A stretch of DNA of 61,705 bases, counting the filler. It is 9 parts of 9 records of this genome, joined end to end, with 100 filler letters (N's around TTAATTAATTAA, not from the genome) between each part and the next. Parts side by side here need not be neighbours in the genome. Positions count along the whole stretch, not along the records: positions 56,128 to 61,705 come from SRR31156797_51040; 8 more parts are not named here. One strand, written 5' to 3'. The number at the start of each line of letters is the position of its first letter. Position 1 is the stretch's first letter. A program made the translations under genes and the position numbers. Under the pieces are notes generated by a model. That model was not told the origin of the DNA. It saw only the letters and a program-made list of their open reading frames with translations, and searched no databases. This document shows, piece after piece, positions 57,371 to 61,705 of this stretch.

Positions 57371-57691
57371 TTACTCGGTAATTTCCTTACCATCAACAAC
57401 CACCTCATGGCCTTGGCCTGCGTCAAATACCACTTTGTATGCAGCAACAGGTTTGTCAAAAGTGTACTCGCTGTCTTCACTCATGTTACCGGTGATCAGT
57501 ATTTTACCTTTCTTGTCTTTCACCTGCAATTCAACGCCTGAGGCAGAGGAACCGTTGGAAAAGCCGCCTTCACACGTAATGGTGCCGTCGCCGTTGCCAA
57601 CACAGGAACACAAAGGGGTATGGGCCTGGCTGGCAGATACCATGATTGCGCCTATAATCAGAATGGCAGCCATTGATACTTTAAATTTCAT
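57371..57691 (-). CDS. Small exported protein with mature N-terminus HTPLCSC
   Basis: Signal peptide ASQA-H; CEGGFSNGSSASG and FDAGQGH; AAGGAG RBS. Confidence 0.8.
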   Translation of the reverse strand: MKFKVSMAAILIIGAIMVSASQAHTPLCSCVGNGDGTITCEGGFSNGSSASGVELQVKDKKGKILITGNMSEDSEYTFDKPVAAYKVVFDAGQGHEVVVDGKEITE

Positions 57692-57749
57692 TTTTTTCTC
57701 CTTCATTCAAAATTGTATAAATATAAAAATGTAAGCCTTAAAATTTGGG

Positions 57750-60212
57750 TCAAGGCATCAAAGCCTGGATGCTTTTAATATATGCCAGAGCCTGGGATGC
57801 CTCATCCTTCATTGATTTTTGTGTATCTGCCAGTTCCATAACCTGCTTGAAAAACCGGGAGGCCAGTTCCAGTTTTTCCTGCTTCATCAGGGCATAGGCC
57901 GCCTTCAATCGTAAGGCCGGGTTGTCCGAAAGGTCTGCCGCTTTCAGAAAAGCCTGGGAACTGGCCTCATATTTCCTCATGAGAAAGGTGATGTCTCCCA
58001 CTGTTTCCCATCGGGCCGGGGTGGGGTAAGCTTTCAGGGCTGACCGGGCCGCATCAAGGGCCAGATCATACCGTTTTCCCCCGAGAAACACGTCTTTTAA
58101 CCGGTCAAAATCTTCTGGATCAGGAGAGGGGCCTGCCGCCTTAATGAATGCCCGGGCCGCTTTCACCGGGACTCCTGCCATGTGATAGTAGTGGCCAAGG
58201 ACCCTGGATCCATCCGGGTCTTCCGGAGAGAGTCTTAAGGCCACCTCCATGGCTGCGGCCGCCCCGGCATAGTCTAATTTTTCCCTGGCAACCCAAACGG
58301 CCAGTTTCCAGGATTCGGCCTTTTCAGGATAAAGGTTTAAAAGTTTGGTCAGCGTGGCAGAGGCCTTGTCCTTCAGGCCCATCTCCATGTGGATCCTGAC
58401 CAGGGAAACCAGCCACCGGTATTCAGGTCGACTCGTTTGGCACAGCTCTTCCAGGATGGGTCGGGCCTTTTTGGGCCGGTCCAGGCTTTGCCATAAAAGA
58501 ACCGCCCTGTATTTAAGGGATGCAGGTTCATGGTCGAGGCGGACCCGGTTCATGACGGACAGGGCCTCAGTTTTCTCGTCAGCGGCCGTCAGATGGGTGG
58601 CAAGCTCTATAAACCACAGGCTTTTTGCTTTCTTTTTCGCGATGCTCATCCGGAGCAGAGAAATGGTTTTTTCGGTATTGTTTTCCTGATTCCAGAGCAT
58701 GGCGGCCCGGTAATAATGCTTGCCCATGTCTGAAATCCGGGCTCCCCGTTCCATGGCTTTTGCCGCCTGAAGGTTGTGGTTCAGCAATAGATGGGTATTG
58801 GACAGGGCAATCAGCCATTTTGACTCAGGCGTTTTAACCCGGGCCAGACGGATGAGAATGGGCAGGGCCTTTTTAGGTTTCTTGGCATGGAGCCATAACT
58901 GGGCGGCCCGGTAAAAATGATTGTTCTTTTTACTGATGCCGGCGGCTCGTTCCATGGCAAGGGCCCCGGGCTCAAATTGATCTTTCATGACCCATGCATT
59001 GGAAACCGCCACCATCCATTCTGCCTTGGGTTTTGGCATCTTTTCCAGAAACCTTAAAGAGGATAGCGCTTTATCAGGCTGCTCAAGCTGGAGCCTGAGT
59101 ACCCCTGCCTGGTATGCATGGTCCGGGTTTTGGCTCAGTTTAAAAGCCTTTTCCATGGCCGGGGCGGCCTTGGCAATTTTTTCTGACATGACCCAGGACT
59201 GGGCCAGGGCCACAAACCAGTCTGCCTTGGGCGGATCTAACTTAACCAGTTTCAGCAAATGCTTTCTTGCCCGTTTGGGCTTGGTCACCTGGAGCCAGAG
59301 AACCCCGGCCGTATACAGGTTCTGGCGAGCCGGATCAAGGGTCACGGCCCGTTCCATGGTTTGGGCCGCTTTCAAGGTTTTGTTCAGGGCCATGTAGGTA
59401 TTGCACAGGGCCAGGAGCCAGTTTACTTTGACGTTTTTGTGTTCAGCAAGGTGTTCTAAAAGTCCCAGGGCGTTTTGGGGCCGGTCCGCATCCAGCCAGA
59501 GCCAGGCTGCATGAAACCAAAGGTCGGGATTGTTTCCGGCCCGGGCCGCCTTTTCCATGGCCCGGGCGGTTTCCACCTTTTTTTCAAGCAGCCCCAAAGC
59601 CGTGGACAGCGCCACCAACCATTCCGGTTTTACCGGATCTGTTTTTTCCAGATTCCGCAACAGGGACAGGGCTTTTTTGGGGCTTTTGCCTTCCATCCAG
59701 AACAGTGCAGCCTGGTATTTCAGATCAGGGTTTCGGCTCAGATCTGCTGCCTTTTCCATGGCCAGAGCCGCGGATTTAAATTGTTTAAGTTCCTGGTGTG
59801 CAATGGCCAGCAGCTGCCATGCTCCGCTAAAACAGGGGGCCTTTTTCACGGCTGCGTTTAAATGTGTGACAGCGGGCTTGTTTTTTCCGGCATTATGAAA
59901 AAAGAACCCGATATCATAATCCATATAGGCAAAATCATGCTCTGGATGCTTTTCATTAAATTCAGATAAAAGTCTGGCTGCTTTTTTATGTTTTCCTTTT
60001 TTGTCCAGTTCCTCTGCCCGGACCACGATCTCGTGGACAAATGTCGGCAGAGGGGTTTCAATTGCAGGGCAGGAAGAAAATTCCCCGGCAGGACAGAGGC
60101 CCGGGGAAAAAAACATCGGTACCTTTAAAAATGTCCCAATCAAAACCACCTTTAAAAAAAGATGGTTCCTTGATTTTTTTTTCTTTCCGAACGTTTCTTT
60201 TTTTTGTTTCAC
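57750..60212 (-). CDS. Tetratricopeptide-repeat protein of the TonB cluster
   Basis: Many helical repeats (W..AL....KAA.AME.A; Y.AA.LW) downstream of tonB. Confidence 0.85.
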   Translation of the reverse strand: MKQKKETFGKKKKSRNHLFLKVVLIGTFLKVPMFFSPGLCPAGEFSSCPAIETPLPTFVHEIVVRAEELDKKGKHKKAARLLSEFNEKHPEHDFAYMDYDIGFFFHNAGKNKPAVTHLNAAVKKAPCFSGAWQLLAIAHQELKQFKSAALAMEKAADLSRNPDLKYQAALFWMEGKSPKKALSLLRNLEKTDPVKPEWLVALSTALGLLEKKVETARAMEKAARAGNNPDLWFHAAWLWLDADRPQNALGLLEHLAEHKNVKVNWLLALCNTYMALNKTLKAAQTMERAVTLDPARQNLYTAGVLWLQVTKPKRARKHLLKLVKLDPPKADWFVALAQSWVMSEKIAKAAPAMEKAFKLSQNPDHAYQAGVLRLQLEQPDKALSSLRFLEKMPKPKAEWMVAVSNAWVMKDQFEPGALAMERAAGISKKNNHFYRAAQLWLHAKKPKKALPILIRLARVKTPESKWLIALSNTHLLLNHNLQAAKAMERGARISDMGKHYYRAAMLWNQENNTEKTISLLRMSIAKKKAKSLWFIELATHLTAADEKTEALSVMNRVRLDHEPASLKYRAVLLWQSLDRPKKARPILEELCQTSRPEYRWLVSLVRIHMEMGLKDKASATLTKLLNLYPEKAESWKLAVWVAREKLDYAGAAAAMEVALRLSPEDPDGSRVLGHYYHMAGVPVKAARAFIKAAGPSPDPEDFDRLKDVFLGGKRYDLALDAARSALKAYPTPARWETVGDITFLMRKYEASSQAFLKAADLSDNPALRLKAAYALMKQEKLELASRFFKQVMELADTQKSMKDEASQALAYIKSIQALMP

Positions 60213-60215
60213 CCC

Positions 60216-61019
60216 TTACCCCTTTTTCAGCTTAAACCGTATGCTGGTTTTGATCCATGTTTCAACAGTCCTGCCGTCTTTTCGTCCTGGCTTGAATTTC
60301 CACTTCCCAACGGTTTTCATGACGGTGTCATTGAATGTATCCGGGGGATCGGCATGGGTAATGGACAATTGCTTCACTCCTCCGGACCGGTCCACCAGGA
60401 ATTTGACGGACACGACTCCTTCGATCCCTATCCGCCTGGCCCGTTGAGGATACATGGGCTGAATGGCGGATATTTTTTCCGGTGCCTTATCCAGTTCATC
60501 CAGGTTAAATCTGATTTTATTGATCGGTTTCTTAACCAATGCAGCAGGTCTGGGAACCGGTACTTTCGCAAAATTCAAACCTTTGCCGAATGTTTCGGGT
60601 CTCACCGGCACCCCTTTCACGGAAAGGGCAGTCAGGGACGGGGTGTTGATGGCCGTGGAAAGGGTCTGCTGCAACGGTTCCAGGGCGGCAGGCTCCGGGG
60701 TATGATTTTCCGGAGGCGGTGGTTCCGGAGGTTCCGACATGGCAGGCTCGGGCAGTTCTATAGGCGGGATGTCGATGGCAGGTTCCGGCGGCAAAGGGGG
60801 GGCTTCCGGGATTTTTTCCTGAAAAGGTTCCAGAAAGGGATCCGGTTCCTGGGCAATTATTCGGATTTGACTGGCCGGAAAATCTCTGTGTTTCATTGAC
60901 GTATGATGCATCAAAAAAGGAAGAAGGGCCAGGACACCTGCTCCCAGAAGGAGGCCGGCAAAAATAAGCGCAAGTTTGCGCAAAGGCTTTAAGTTAATGG
61001 GGCGGTTTATGTCCGTCAT
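60216..61019 (-). CDS. tonB: Energy transducer TonB
   Basis: TM anchor, Pro/Glu-rich spacer, PMYPQRARRIGIEGVVSVKFLV and WKFKPG. Confidence 0.93.
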   Translation of the reverse strand: MTDINRPINLKPLRKLALIFAGLLLGAGVLALLPFLMHHTSMKHRDFPASQIRIIAQEPDPFLEPFQEKIPEAPPLPPEPAIDIPPIELPEPAMSEPPEPPPPENHTPEPAALEPLQQTLSTAINTPSLTALSVKGVPVRPETFGKGLNFAKVPVPRPAALVKKPINKIRFNLDELDKAPEKISAIQPMYPQRARRIGIEGVVSVKFLVDRSGGVKQLSITHADPPDTFNDTVMKTVGKWKFKPGRKDGRTVETWIKTSIRFKLKKG

Positions 61020-61022
61020 GAT

Positions 61023-61448
61023 CTAATGTCCCGGTTTTACAGAAGATACAGCTATGTCCTGTGCCCCTGCCAGCCGGCACTGGTCCAGGACCGCCACCAG
61101 TCTGGACGTGGGACAGGATCCGTCCGCATCAATAATCACCCCGCCGTCGCTGTTTTCCGTTAAAAAAATCTCCACCAGGCCCCGGACCCTTCTTAAATCA
61201 ACCTCCTGCTTGTCCATAAAAATGGTCCCGTCTTCGGTGACGCCCACGATGATTCCTATGGCTTCTTTTGCCTTGGTGGTCACGGCTTCGGGGCGGTTCA
61301 CCTCAATCCCGGATTCCCGGACAAAGCTGGCTGTAACCAGGAAAAAAATCAGCAGGATAAAAATCATGTCGATCAAGGGCATCATGTTGATTTCAAGATC
61401 AGAATCGTCTATGCCTGACGGACCTGATAATTTGCCTATTCGCTGCAT
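61023..61448 (-). CDS. exbD: Biopolymer transport protein ExbD
   Basis: INMMPLIDMIFILLIFFLVT motif. Confidence 0.95.
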   Translation of the reverse strand: MQRIGKLSGPSGIDDSDLEINMMPLIDMIFILLIFFLVTASFVRESGIEVNRPEAVTTKAKEAIGIIVGVTEDGTIFMDKQEVDLRRVRGLVEIFLTENSDGGVIIDADGSCPTSRLVAVLDQCRLAGAQDIAVSSVKPGH

Positions 61449-61705
61449 TTTTGTTTCTCCTTTTCCATCCACTGATTCACGGCCCGGTGAAAAATCATGA
61501 TATCCTGATGAACGGCCCTTACTTTTTTGCGCATGACCTGGCCCACAAGCAGCCCTGGGATGGCTACCAACAGGCCTGCCTGGGTGGTCATCATGGCCTC
61601 TTTTATCCCCGAGGCCATGGCCTGGGAATTGCCCATACCGTATAGCCCGATCACCCGGAAGGTTTCCACCATGCCGGTGACGGTACCCAAAAGTCCCAGA
61701 AGGGG
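61436..61705 (-). CDS. exbB: MotA/TolQ/ExbB proton channel protein, 5' truncated
   Basis: PLLGLLGTVTGM and GIKEAMMTTQAGLLVAIP motifs. Confidence 0.9.
   Translation of the reverse strand, partial: PLLGLLGTVTGMVETFRVIGLYGMGNSQAMASGIKEAMMTTQAGLLVAIPGLLVGQVMRKKVRAVHQDIMIFHRAVNQWMEKEKQKCSE

Noticed and set aside
57295-57480. 62-aa N-terminal extension of the DUF4198 ORF in the track
   Set aside because: It overlaps the upstream gene in another frame; the signal peptide starts at or after 57294.

Overview
This window is not one locus. It is nine unrelated contigs joined by 100-nt N linkers, each carrying the six-frame stop TTAATTAATTAA, so gene context is valid only within a contig. Taxonomic labels are inferred from protein families and base composition. 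(1) 1-5472, Desulfobacterales-like: rnf operon tail, rnfG-E-A, an RnfB::GltD/Nfn-like fusion, a cNMP-domain gene and apbE. (2) 5573-11554, AT-rich Arcobacter-like: hemC end, isochorismatase, a clear LuxP AI-2 receptor homologue with a LuxQ-like PAS histidine kinase, nnrS with a perfect TTGAT-N4-ATCAA box, and prpF. (3) 11655-16696, high-GC, possibly Planctomycetota: DUF502, ldh and czcCB-like metal efflux genes. (4) 16797-22462, alphaproteobacterial: ccoG-H-I-S, DsbD_2 and SCO (cbb3 oxidase maturation). (5) 22563-32760, Bacteroidota: a hypothetical gene followed by a non-coding 21-bp-period array, two T9SS cargo proteins and a frameshifted membrane-anchored wHTH regulator. (6) 32861-38016, Bacteroidota: rsgA, galM, an ATPase and ileS. 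(7) 38117-50265, Desulfobacterota-like: radical SAM, PLP desulfhydrase, a slipin with a structured leader containing tRNA T-arm-like hairpins, an AbiL-like ATPase + RloB pair, hisS, aspS and a Re-citrate synthase-like enzyme with a Cache domain. (8) 50366-56027, Bacteroidota: three ArnT-like glycosyltransferases, a TorF-like porin and the start of P-II. (9) 56128-61705, Desulfobacterales-like: an IS91-like remnant and an ExbB-ExbD-TonB-TPR-DUF4198 uptake cluster. The best novelty candidates are the phased 21-bp array with its adjacent uncharacterised protein, the LuxP/LuxQ-like pair in an Arcobacter-like genome, and the structured slipin leader. No database searches or folding programs were run.
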